Source: Dehalococcoidia bacterium
GTDB taxonomy: Bacteria > Chloroflexota > Dehalococcoidia > Lucifugimonadales > UBA3495
Direction: 5' to 3'
DNA length: 64,000 nt
Assembly (NCBI GenBank): GCA_034422655.1
Contig: DAOUJN010000035.1
Coordinates: forward strand, 78,549-142,548
A program made the position numbers and the translations under genes. The notes under the pieces were generated by a model, which searched no databases, had not been told where the DNA came from, and saw only the letters and a list, made by a program, of their open reading frames with translations. Shown here one piece after another: positions 42,773-51,720 of the stretch (its first letter is position 1; each line of letters starts with the position of its first letter).

Positions 42773-43963
42773 TTATCGGTAAACCATCCTCGGCCCCACT
42801 GTCTTCATGTAGCCTTCGTAGTTGCGGCGGGTTTCGGGGATGGAGTCGCCGCCGAACTTTTCCATGAAGGCGTCGGCCAGGACCAGGGCGACCATGGCCT
42901 CACCTATTACGCCGGCCGGGGGGGCCTGGCAGACGTCGGAGCGTTCGAAGTGGGCCTGCACCGGTTCGCCCGTGTCCAGGTCCACCGAGGGCAGGGGGTT
43001 GTGCAGGGTGGCAATGGGCTTGATGCCGAAGCGGGCCACCAGGGGCATGCCGTCGGTCATGCCGCCCTCGGTGCCGCCGGCCCGGTTGGTCTTGCGCTGC
43101 CAGGGGTTGTCAGGGTCGGTTACCGGTTCGATGACGTCGTGGACTTCGGAGCCGCGCTTGTTGACCACCTCCCAGCCGGGGCCGATGGACACGTCCTTGA
43201 CGGCGTTGATGGACATGAGGGCCTGGGCGATGCGGCCGTCAATCTTCCGGTCCCACTGGATGTGGGAACCCAGGCCGATGGGGACGTTTTCGGCGATGAC
43301 CTCCACCGTGCCGCCCACCGTGTCGCCGGCGTCCCGGGCGGCGTCAACCTCGGCAATCATCTTCTGGGTGGCCTCGGGATCGGCGCAGCGCACCGGCGAC
43401 TCTTCCACGGCGTCCCAGTCAATGGCATCGTGGGTGTCGGGAGTGTCGGCCCACACGCCGCCGATGGATATGACGTGGCTGTGGAGCCTGATGCCGAACT
43501 CCTCCAGCAGGCGCATGGCTATGGCCCCGGCGCCTACCCGCGCGGCGGTCTCCCGGGCGCTGGCCCGCTCCAGGACGTTGCGCACGTCGGAGAAGCCGTA
43601 CTTCATGGTCCCGGGCAGGTCGGCGTGGCCGGGGCGGATGCGGGTAACGCGGCGGTTGCGGCCCTCCTGGGACGGGTTTTCAACGTACTCCACGGCCATG
43701 GCCTCGGTCCAGTTGGCCCAGTCCTTGTTCTCGATGGTCATGCCGATGGGGCTGCCCAGGGTGAGGCCGTGGCGGACGCCCGTCATGATGTGGGCCCAGT
43801 CCTGCTCGATTAACTGGCGGCCGCCCCGCCCGTAGCCGCGCTGCCGCCGGGCCAGTTGCGTTCCGATGTACTCCTCGCTGATGGGCAGGGCCGCCGGAAC
43901 GCCCTCCATGATCATCACCAGGCCCTGGCCGTGGGACTCGCCTGCCGTAAACCACCGGATCAT
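42773..43963 (-). CDS. aroC: chorismate synthase
   Basis: MIRWFTAGESHGQGLV N-terminus and RPGHAD motif. 396 aa. Confidence 0.92.
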   Translation of the reverse strand: MIRWFTAGESHGQGLVMIMEGVPAALPISEEYIGTQLARRQRGYGRGGRQLIEQDWAHIMTGVRHGLTLGSPIGMTIENKDWANWTEAMAVEYVENPSQEGRNRRVTRIRPGHADLPGTMKYGFSDVRNVLERASARETAARVGAGAIAMRLLEEFGIRLHSHVISIGGVWADTPDTHDAIDWDAVEESPVRCADPEATQKMIAEVDAARDAGDTVGGTVEVIAENVPIGLGSHIQWDRKIDGRIAQALMSINAVKDVSIGPGWEVVNKRGSEVHDVIEPVTDPDNPWQRKTNRAGGTEGGMTDGMPLVARFGIKPIATLHNPLPSVDLDTGEPVQAHFERSDVCQAPPAGVIGEAMVALVLADAFMEKFGGDSIPETRRNYEGYMKTVGPRMVYR

Positions 43964-43985
43964 AGTTCGTTACCTCTCTTACAAC

Positions 43986-44080
43986 TAATCCACGAATCCG
44001 CCGCGGCGGACGAATAAACACTAATGCGTTCTTTGCAATTAAGGAAGCATTAGTGAATATTCGTGGGCATTCGTGGATAA
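43986..44080. repeat. Family A inverted-repeat element, full copy (left arm with CCGCCGCGGCGG palindrome)
   Basis: TAATCCACGAATCCGCCGCGGCGGACGAATAAACACTAATG...GCATTAGTGAATATTCGTGGGCATTCGTGGATAA. Confidence 0.9.
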
Positions 44081-44113
44081 AACCAGGAACGATTGAAGCG
44101 CGATGCTTGCCGC

Positions 44114-44968
44114 TCAGATGCGGGACTGCATGGCCCGGGTGGCCGCTTGCAGCATTACCGGCACCGGCGCGGGCCGTTCCAGCCACATTTCAAAGGAGGC
44201 CGCGCCCTGGTACACCAGCATCTGGATGCCGCCCAGGGTCTTGGCGCCGACCTGGGCCGCTTCCCGCAACAGCCGGGTTTCGAGGGGATTATACACCAGG
44301 TCATTTACCAGGGCCGTTGACGGGATGGCGTCGCCGGGCAGCGGAGTCTCGTCTTCGCCGGGGCCATGGGTCATGCCGATGGTAGTGCAGTTGACGATCA
44401 AGTCCGCTTGGGAGGCCGCCTCAGTCAAATCCCCACCGGACAGGGGTATGGCCTGGGCGCTTATGCTCCGATTCCGAGCCAGTTCAGCCAGGTTTTCGGC
44501 CCGTTCCGGGGTGCGGTTGGCGATGGTCAGGTCCCCGACGCCCTCGCGGGCCAGGGCCAGGACCACGCCCCGCGCCGCGCCGCCGGCCCCGAGGATGAGG
44601 GTGCGTCGGCCCTGGGGTTCAAACTCAGCGCCTTCCCGCAGGGCCCGCAGGAAGCCGTAGCCGTCGGTGTTGTGGCCGGTAAGCCGCCCCTCCCGGTTGA
44701 CGATGGTGTTGACGGCCCCGGCCTCGGTGGCCCAGTCGTCAATCTCGTCCAGGAAGGGCATTACCGCCAGCTTGTGGGGGACGGTCACGTTGATGCCCAT
44801 GATGCCGGGCTGGCGAAGGCCGTTGACGAACTCGCCCACGTCGTCGGGCGCCACCTGGTAGGCCACGTAGCGCGCGTCAACCCCGCAGGCATCCAGCGCC
44901 GCCTGCTGGAACACGGGCGACATGGAATGGCCGATGGGGTAGCCAATGATGCCTAGCGCTGTGTCCAT
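44114..44968 (-). CDS. aroE: shikimate dehydrogenase
   Basis: GIIGYPIGHSMSP, NVTVPHK and GAGGAARG motifs. 284 aa. Confidence 0.9.
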   Translation of the reverse strand: MDTALGIIGYPIGHSMSPVFQQAALDACGVDARYVAYQVAPDDVGEFVNGLRQPGIMGINVTVPHKLAVMPFLDEIDDWATEAGAVNTIVNREGRLTGHNTDGYGFLRALREGAEFEPQGRRTLILGAGGAARGVVLALAREGVGDLTIANRTPERAENLAELARNRSISAQAIPLSGGDLTEAASQADLIVNCTTIGMTHGPGEDETPLPGDAIPSTALVNDLVYNPLETRLLREAAQVGAKTLGGIQMLVYQGAASFEMWLERPAPVPVMLQAATRAMQSRI

Positions 44969-44977
44969 TTCCTTATC

Positions 44978-45118
44978 TATCCACGAATCCGCCGCGGCGG
45001 ACGAATAAGCACGAATTTTTTATGTATCTCTCAAACCGGCTTTGCCTCTCTTGGGAGCAAAAGTTCTTTACAGACATGCCAAGCCCATTAGTGAACATTC
45101 GTGTGTATTCGTGGATTA
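44978..45118. repeat. Family A inverted-repeat element, full copy with a long loop
   Basis: TATCCACGAATCCGCCGCGGCGGACGAATAAGCACGAAT...(about 65 nt)...CCATTAGTGAACATTCGTGTGTATTCGTGGATTA. The terminal TTA is the valS stop codon on the complement. Confidence 0.9.
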
Positions 45119-47815
45119 AGAATTACCCCCAAGCTGGGCGAGGATTTCGCCCAGGCGCTGCTGCTGTTCCTGGAGGTTGCGGAGGCGGTCTTCCTCGGTT
45201 TCCACCACGTCGGGGCGGGCCTTGGCGCGGAAGTTGGGGTTGTTGACCAGCTTTTCCTTGCGCTCCAGTTCCCGTTGTGTGTTGTCCAGTTCCTCCCGAA
45301 GCCGCTGCTGTTCGGCGGACAGGTCCACCACGCCCTCCAGGGGCAGGCGCACCACCAGCGGATTGACCACCAGGGTGACGCCCCGGGTCTGCTCCGAACC
45401 CTCCGGAGCCCCGGCGGTGATGCTGAGAGGTTCCACGCGAGACAGGGTGCGGATGACCTCGGCTTCTTCCTCCATGGCGCCCCGCAGGCCGTTGGCCTCC
45501 ACCTGGGCTTCAAGGCGCTGGTTGGCCGGGATGCGAAGCTGGGCCCGGGTGTTGCGGACGGCGCGGATGGTCTGCATCACCAGGGAGATTTCGTCCTCGG
45601 CCTGCCGGTCGTGGCGAGGCGATTCGGCCACGGGGTAGTCGGCAACCATTATGGACGGGGCCAACTCACCCTCGTCGGGCAGGCGGGAGGTCAGGTTCCC
45701 CCAGATTTCCTCGGTAATGAAGGGCATGAAGGGATGCAGCAGGCGCAGGGTACGTTCCAGCACGTGGGCCAGGACCGGACGGGGTGACGGGCCTTCGCCG
45801 GAGCGCATGCGGACCTTGGCCATTTCGATGTACCAGTCGCAGAACTCGTTCCAGATGAAGTCGTAGAGGGTCTGCTGGGCCTCGCCCAGTTCAAAGGCGG
45901 CAAGGGAGTTGTTCACGTCGGCGGTTACCCTATCCAGCAGGCTGACAATCCACCGGTCCTCCCGGTGTTCCAGGGTGGCCAGGTCCCGCCAGCCGGCCAG
46001 GTCGTCCTGTCCCTCCAGGGAAGTTATGACGAACCGGGCGGCGTTCCAGACTTTGTTGGCGAAGTTGCGGGCGGCCTCCAGCTTGCCCTCGGTAATGCGC
46101 AGGTCGTTGCCCGGGGCGGTGCCGGTGGACAGGGCGAACCGCAGGGCGTCGGTGCCGTAGCGGTCAATGAGGTCCAGGGGGTCCATGGTGTTGCCCCGGG
46201 TCTTGCTCATCTTGTCGCCGTTGGCGTCGCGAATCAGGCCGTGGAGGTACACGGTGCGGAAGGGAATGTCCCCCGTATTCTCGATGCTCATCATAATCAT
46301 GCGGGCCACCCAGAAGAAGAGGATATCGTAGCCCGTTTCCATGACGGCGGTGGGGTAGAAGTAGTTGAAGTCGTCGGTGTCGTCGGGCCAGCCCAGGGTG
46401 GAATGAGGCCACAGGCCGGAACTGAACCAGGTATCAAGTACGTCCTCGTCCTGGCGCAACCGGTCGGAGCCGCAGGCGGTGCAGACCAAGGGGTCCTCGG
46501 TTGAGACCACCAGTTCACCGCAGACGCCGCAGTACCAGACAGGGATGCGGTGTCCCCACCAAAGCTGGCGGCTGATGCACCAGTCGCGGATATTCTCCAG
46601 CCAGTTGAGATAGACCCGCCCGAACCGGTCGGGGACGATGGATATGTCGCCGTTGGCCACGGCGGCGTGGGCGCGGCCGGCGATGCTGTCGGGTTCCTGG
46701 TGGCTGCCCACCTTAAGGAACCATTGCAGGCTGATGAGGGGCTCTACCACCGCGTCGCAGCGTTGGCAGTGGCCGACCGAGTGGCGGTAGTCCTCTACTT
46801 TCTCCAGCAGGCCCAGGCCTTCCAGTTCCTCGGCCACGGCCTGGCGGGTGTCGAACCGCTCCCGGCCCTCGTACTTGCCGGCCTGGTCGGTCATGTTGCC
46901 GTCGAAGCCGATGACATTGATGATTTCCAGGCCGTGGCGTTCGCCAATCTCGAAGTCGGTAACGTCGTGACCGGGAGTTACCTTCAGGGCGCCGGTGCCG
47001 AACTCCATCTCGATGGCTTCGTCGCCCACGATGGGTATGGGCCGGTCCATGATGGGCAGGATGGCGTCCTTGCCGACGAAGGCGCAGTAGCGCGGGTCTT
47101 CGGGGTGTACCGCCACGCCGGTATCGCCCAGCATGGACTCCGGGCGGGTGGTGGCGACGGTTATATCGCCGCTTTCGTCGGCCAGGGGATAGCGGATGTA
47201 GTAGAGCTTGCCGTCCTGCTCCTGGTATTCCACTTCCAGGTCGGACAGGGCCGTGGCGCAGCGGGGGCACCAGTTGATGATGCGCTCGTGGCGATAGATG
47301 AGGCCCTTGTTGTAGAGGTTGACGAAGGTGGTGCGGACGGCTTTGGCCGGGCCCGGGTCCAGGGTAAATCGCAGGCGGGTCCAGTCGCAGGACGTTCCCA
47401 GCCGCTTGTGCTGCTCGTCAATGGTGTTGCCGTAGCGGGCCACCCACTCCCAGATGCGTTCCTGGAAATGTTCCCGGCCCAGTACGTGGCGGTTGGTGCC
47501 CTCCTCGGCCAGCAGGCGTTCCACCACCCACTGGGTGGCGATGCCGGCATGGTCCTTGCCCGGGAGCCACAGAGTGTCGTCGCCCAACATACGGTGCCAG
47601 CGGGTAAGGGCGTCCTCGATGGTGGCGGTCAGGGCATGGCCCAGGTGCAGCTCACCGGTAACGTTGGGCGGCGGCATTATGATGACGAAGGGCTGGCGGC
47701 CCGGGCGTATTTGCGGGGTGAAATGGCCGGCATCCTGCCAGTCCTGGTAAATGCGCTGCTCCACGGCGGCAGGTTCATAGGCCCGGGGGATTTCTGCGGC
47801 GGCGCTGGAGGTCAT
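45116..47815 (-). CDS. valS: valine--tRNA ligase
   Basis: 899 aa. PPNVTGELHLGH (HIGH) and KMSKTRGN (KMSKS) motifs. C-terminal coiled coil. Confidence 0.95.
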   Translation of the reverse strand: MTSSAAAEIPRAYEPAAVEQRIYQDWQDAGHFTPQIRPGRQPFVIIMPPPNVTGELHLGHALTATIEDALTRWHRMLGDDTLWLPGKDHAGIATQWVVERLLAEEGTNRHVLGREHFQERIWEWVARYGNTIDEQHKRLGTSCDWTRLRFTLDPGPAKAVRTTFVNLYNKGLIYRHERIINWCPRCATALSDLEVEYQEQDGKLYYIRYPLADESGDITVATTRPESMLGDTGVAVHPEDPRYCAFVGKDAILPIMDRPIPIVGDEAIEMEFGTGALKVTPGHDVTDFEIGERHGLEIINVIGFDGNMTDQAGKYEGRERFDTRQAVAEELEGLGLLEKVEDYRHSVGHCQRCDAVVEPLISLQWFLKVGSHQEPDSIAGRAHAAVANGDISIVPDRFGRVYLNWLENIRDWCISRQLWWGHRIPVWYCGVCGELVVSTEDPLVCTACGSDRLRQDEDVLDTWFSSGLWPHSTLGWPDDTDDFNYFYPTAVMETGYDILFFWVARMIMMSIENTGDIPFRTVYLHGLIRDANGDKMSKTRGNTMDPLDLIDRYGTDALRFALSTGTAPGNDLRITEGKLEAARNFANKVWNAARFVITSLEGQDDLAGWRDLATLEHREDRWIVSLLDRVTADVNNSLAAFELGEAQQTLYDFIWNEFCDWYIEMAKVRMRSGEGPSPRPVLAHVLERTLRLLHPFMPFITEEIWGNLTSRLPDEGELAPSIMVADYPVAESPRHDRQAEDEISLVMQTIRAVRNTRAQLRIPANQRLEAQVEANGLRGAMEEEAEVIRTLSRVEPLSITAGAPEGSEQTRGVTLVVNPLVVRLPLEGVVDLSAEQQRLREELDNTQRELERKEKLVNNPNFRAKARPDVVETEEDRLRNLQEQQQRLGEILAQLGGNS

Positions 47816-48027
47816 AGGAACTCTCCCTGGTTATGGCTGGTAGCAAGCGGGGTTAATTGAATCCGTTACCAATTGTCCCTGTTTCGTAATCCGGCAACGA
47901 AAATATACCATTGGGGGAGTGGGGGCGTCTATTGGGAGGAAGACCGGCAATGTTAAACTATGGTCAGAATTTGAGACTCCGCTACGCAACAGGACTCCTT
48001 CAAGACATCACAGCGGGAGCAGGGAAA

Positions 48028-49104
48028 ATGTACCGCACCTTCACTATCAAGAACTTCCGGTGCTTCGATGAGTTGACCGTGGAAGGCATGGGCCGGATAA
48101 ACCTGATTGCGGGAAAGAACAACGTGGGGAAGACGGCGTTGCTGGAGGCGTTGTGGGTGCATAATTCTGGGATTGCAGAACCGGAACGTATTTTGCTTCT
48201 GGATGCAGCTAGGGGTGCATGGGCAGTAAACACTGATACCACCATCGATAATCTATTCTTCCATTTCGACCAAGAATTGACTATAGAGCTGATCACTACC
48301 AGTATTCCATACTACGGACAACGCCGGCTAGATATAACGGTACATGAAAACCCGAACCCGGAAATAGCTCTGGACGGTTCCAGTGGCGACCAACTCTCCT
48401 CAATAACATCGGCTTCTCAAAGGCAGATTGTTATTGATTGTTTAGATGAATATGGAAGGTCCTATTCTTCTCGGGCCTGGTGGGGAGGTGTGGTTTCTCT
48501 GCCAACTGTGAGAGCGGTGAAAGACAACATGCCAACTTTCCAGCAGAGAGCGGCGGTATTTCTGCACTCCCGACGTCGAACAGACACAACTCCTGAAGCT
48601 AATCTACTCAGTCAGCTAATGATAGATGGCCAGGAGCTCGGAGTGACAGAAATTCTGCGAGAGATTGAGCCGCGTCTGGATAGGTTGACTGTCTTATCGT
48701 TAAGGGAAAGACCAGAGATATTTGCGTCCATCGGGTTAAAGAAGTTAGTTCCATTGCATCTCATGGGCGAAGGCACCTCCCGTATCCTTTCTCTGGCTCT
48801 GGCAATCGCAACCGCCCCCGGCGGTATAGTCCTGGTAGACGAAATTGAAAACGGCATACACTACTCTGTAATGGAGAAGGTTTGGAAGGCCATTGGCTCC
48901 TTTGCCCGTAGCTATGACGTGCAGTTGTTTGCCACTACCCACAGCCGGGAATGCGTCTATTACGCGCACAAAGCCTTCGAGTCAGATGAAGAGGAAGAGA
49001 TGCGGTTCTTCAGGATCGACCGTGTAAATGGAAGGTCAAGAGCAGTCATGTATGATCGCGAAATTTTGGGGACTGCCCTTGAGGCGGGACTGGGAATACG
49101 TTAA
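48028..49104 (+). CDS. ABC/OLD-type AAA ATPase (AAA_15/AAA_21-like), first gene of a two-gene island
   Basis: Walker A LIAGKNNVGKTALLEAL, signature-like GEGTSR, Walker B IVLVDEIENGIH, H-loop ATTHSRE. ATG at 48028 follows GGGAGCAGGGA. The longest ORF starts at TTG 47911. Low GC. Confidence 0.8.
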   Translation: MYRTFTIKNFRCFDELTVEGMGRINLIAGKNNVGKTALLEALWVHNSGIAEPERILLLDAARGAWAVNTDTTIDNLFFHFDQELTIELITTSIPYYGQRRLDITVHENPNPEIALDGSSGDQLSSITSASQRQIVIDCLDEYGRSYSSRAWWGGVVSLPTVRAVKDNMPTFQQRAAVFLHSRRRTDTTPEANLLSQLMIDGQELGVTEILREIEPRLDRLTVLSLRERPEIFASIGLKKLVPLHLMGEGTSRILSLALAIATAPGGIVLVDEIENGIHYSVMEKVWKAIGSFARSYDVQLFATTHSRECVYYAHKAFESDEEEEMRFFRIDRVNGRSRAVMYDREILGTALEAGLGIR

Positions 49105-49106
49105 AT

Positions 49107-49724
49107 ATGCCGGAAAACCTTCAGTTTGAAACGCCGAAGTTGCTACTGGTCGAAGGGCAGGACGAAGTTGGCTTCTTTGCCGGATTCTTGAACCATCTGG
49201 GCCTAGGAGATATTCAGATAGTGGACTACGGGGGTAAGAATGCTTTCCGGCCCAGGATGGAAGCTTACTTCCGCGAACCTTCCTTTTCAGCGGTCAGTGC
49301 GATGGCCGTCATTGGAGATGCGGACCTCGCAGCAAATTCCACATTTCAAAGCATAAGAGATGCCTTGGCCTATATTGGGCTCCCGGCTCCTCAGAGTTTC
49401 ATGTCGCCTGCCGGAGATTCGCCCAGGGTTTCAATTTTTGTCATGCCAGACAACTCAAGCCCGGGAGCTCTGGAGGACTTGTGCCTTGCAGCCCTGTCAA
49501 ACAGCAATGCAAAGGAGTGCGTCGGTAGCTTTCTGGAATGCGTGGAAGCATCAGGCTATCAACCACCACAGAGTCAATCGAAGGCCCAGTTACGCGCTTT
49601 GCTGGCATCCCTGGAGGATTCTGAAACCCGTCTAGGTTTAAGGTCACAACGTTCGACCGGTCCGCCTTGGGCCTGGAACCACCCCGCCTTTTCAGACCTT
49701 GCCCGGTTCCTCAGGAACCTCTAA
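49107..49724 (+). CDS. small TOPRIM-like protein (DUF4435/DUF4276/DUF3226-type), second gene of the island
   Basis: 205 aa. The ATG is 2 nt after the ATPase stop. LLLVEGQDEVGFF supplies the conserved Glu and AVIGDADL supplies the DxD. Confidence 0.6.
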   Translation: MPENLQFETPKLLLVEGQDEVGFFAGFLNHLGLGDIQIVDYGGKNAFRPRMEAYFREPSFSAVSAMAVIGDADLAANSTFQSIRDALAYIGLPAPQSFMSPAGDSPRVSIFVMPDNSSPGALEDLCLAALSNSNAKECVGSFLECVEASGYQPPQSQSKAQLRALLASLEDSETRLGLRSQRSTGPPWAWNHPAFSDLARFLRNL

Positions 49725-50107
49725 CTGCTTTCGTCATCCTCCGCGGGGACGAAGCGCATTGAGAGGGAGTTGACGCAGTGGCGGGCGCCGGTGGGCGTGA
49801 ATCCTTCGCCGAAGAAGACGTGGCCCAGGTGGCCGCCGCACCTTGCGCACTCTATCTCCGTCCGGAAGCCGTCCGGGTCGGGCAGGTAGTTCACCGCTTC
49901 GGGGATTTCCGCATCGAAGGCCGGCCACCCGCAGTGGGCGTTGAACTTGTCCTCGGAGCGATACAGTTCGGCGTTGCAGCGGCGGCAGATATAGGTGCCG
50001 TCCTCGTAGAAGTCGTCGTACTCGCCGGAAAAGGGCCGCTCCGTGCCCTTGAACTCGATGATGTACCGTTCCTGCGGACTAAGCGGGTTGAAGGAATTAC
50101 TGGCCAT
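49721..50107 (-). CDS. msrB: peptide-methionine (R)-S-oxide reductase
   Basis: CRRCNAEL, CARCGGHLGHVF and RHCVNS motifs. ATG at 50107 follows GAGGAGG. Confidence 0.9.
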   Translation of the reverse strand: MASNSFNPLSPQERYIIEFKGTERPFSGEYDDFYEDGTYICRRCNAELYRSEDKFNAHCGWPAFDAEIPEAVNYLPDPDGFRTEIECARCGGHLGHVFFGEGFTPTGARHCVNSLSMRFVPAEDDESS

Positions 50108-50185
50108 GTCTGCCTCCTCAACTTGGAAATAAAGGCTCGTATCAGGAATTGCCAATTCGGGGACAACCGCTCCGGCATCCAATCG

Positions 50186-50212
50186 TCCTCATCCTGTGCA
50201 TCCATGTTTGAA
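50186..50212. repeat. Family B element, half copy
   Basis: TCCTCATCCTGTGCATCCATGTTTGAA is the exact reverse complement of the left end of copy 1 (TTCAAACATGGATGCACAGGAT). Abuts the MFS stop at 50214. Confidence 0.75.
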
Positions 50213-50213
50213 T

Positions 50214-51497
50214 TCAGCTTTCGGCGGGCTCAAGTATGGGTTCCGCCTGGCGGCCGCGGAAGTTTCGCAGGTCCGACCGGAAGACGCAAATCAGGACGGC
50301 AACCAGGAAAACAACCACCGCCCCGATGCCGACTGCAACGGGGGCGCCCAGGTAACGGGCGACGAACCCCGCCTGGGCCATTCCCAGGGGACCGAGGCTC
50401 CAGGTGGCCCCGTACAGGCCCATGACCCGCCCGCGGATGCTGTCGGGTACCAGTTCCTGCAGGGCGCTCAACCCTCCCACCAGGTACAGGGAGAAGTTGA
50501 TGCCGCCCACGAACAGCACGCCCATGGATATCCAGTAGTAGCCCAGCCAGGCCGCCACGGCGAACAGCATCAGGCAGATGCCGTACAGCATGGCGCCAAA
50601 GAGGATGATCACGCCCCGGGGGCTGTGGGACGGTATGCTGCCGATGATCCAGTTGCCCACGATGGCGCCCAGGCCGGCCGCGCCCAGCAGCCAGCCCACC
50701 CGCTCGGCGCCCACCAGCAGCCACTTTTCCGCCAGGGAGGGCATCAGCAGGATGTAGGATATGCCGAACAGACTGTTGCAGAAAGTCATCAGCATTATGT
50801 ACAGGAAAATGGGATGATGGCCAATGTACCGGAAAGCCTCCCCTATCTGCTGCGCTACGCCGCCCCGGGCCGGCGGGCGCTCGCGCAGGCGCAGCACGGA
50901 AATGACGGCGGCCAGCACGTAGAAGGATGCGGCGCTGATGAGCATGGAGGTCTCGATGCTCAGGCGGGCGATGACCATGCCGGCCAGGGCCGGCGCCAGC
51001 ACCCGGACGCCGTTCCAGACCACCGATTCCATGGCCACGGCGTTGACGATGTGCTCCCGGTCCACCAGGCGGGGGAAGATGCTGGCCCGGCTGGGCTGGT
51101 CGAAGGCCTGACCGACGCCGGCGATGAAGGCGGCCAGCAGTATGTGCCAGGGCTCCACCCGTTCCAGCAGCACCAGGACCGCCAGCCCAACGACCACGGT
51201 GGCAGACATGCTCTGGGCCGTCGCCACCAGCACCTTGGGTTCCAGGCGGTCGGCGAGAACTCCGCCCACCAGGTTCAGGGCCAGGGCCGGCAGGGCGATC
51301 GCCAGCCCCAGGTAGCCCAGGTACCCTTCGTCGCCGGTCAACTGGAACATCAGCCAGCCCAGGGTGAACTGGAAGAGCATCTGGTGACCGGTTACCCCGG
51401 TCAGCAGGGCCAGCCAGTAGTAGCGAAACTGGCCATAACGCATGGAGGAAGGAATGAAGCGGCCGACACCGCCAGCCAGGGTAGTCTGAACGCTCAT
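50214..51497 (-). CDS. MFS transporter (paralog of 14459-15733)
   Basis: Multi-TM protein. N-terminal RYGQFRYYWLALL...FQLTGDEGYLGY. ATG at 51497 chosen by alignment with the paralog. The longest ORF starts at TTG 51533. Confidence 0.8.
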   Translation of the reverse strand: MSVQTTLAGGVGRFIPSSMRYGQFRYYWLALLTGVTGHQMLFQFTLGWLMFQLTGDEGYLGYLGLAIALPALALNLVGGVLADRLEPKVLVATAQSMSATVVVGLAVLVLLERVEPWHILLAAFIAGVGQAFDQPSRASIFPRLVDREHIVNAVAMESVVWNGVRVLAPALAGMVIARLSIETSMLISAASFYVLAAVISVLRLRERPPARGGVAQQIGEAFRYIGHHPIFLYIMLMTFCNSLFGISYILLMPSLAEKWLLVGAERVGWLLGAAGLGAIVGNWIIGSIPSHSPRGVIILFGAMLYGICLMLFAVAAWLGYYWISMGVLFVGGINFSLYLVGGLSALQELVPDSIRGRVMGLYGATWSLGPLGMAQAGFVARYLGAPVAVGIGAVVVFLVAVLICVFRSDLRNFRGRQAEPILEPAES

Positions 51498-51590
51498 GGA
51501 GACAATTGTGCCATTGGCACCAAGGCTTGGCAATTGGCATGGGCGCCCTTCGGTCGTTTAAGGGTCGAATATACTCTAAATGCCGGCGAT

Positions 51591-51619
51591 TTGCCCTTCT
51601 TCATGCTACAACCTAGAAT
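51591..51619 (+). promoter_or_regulatory. sigma70-type promoter (TTGCCC-17-TAGAAT) for the FAD oxidoreductase gene
   Basis: TTGCCC at 51591-51596 and TAGAAT at 51614-51619. About 100 nt upstream of the ATG at 51721. Confidence 0.45.
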
Positions 51620-51720
51620 TGCTGCCACGGGAGACTGGAGCGGCGGCCCCAGGGGAACTTCACCGGGCCGTCCGCCTATTTCCGGGTCAAACTGACCTTG
51701 CCAAGAAACGGACAGTGAAG

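Noticed and set aside
47816-49724. Evidence that the ATPase/TOPRIM island is a bounded mobile element (integrase, transposase, flanking direct repeats, tRNA target).
   Set aside because: I found no recombinase gene, no terminal inverted or direct repeats and no tRNA at either junction. Only the compositional contrast supports horizontal origin, so it is not called a mobile element.
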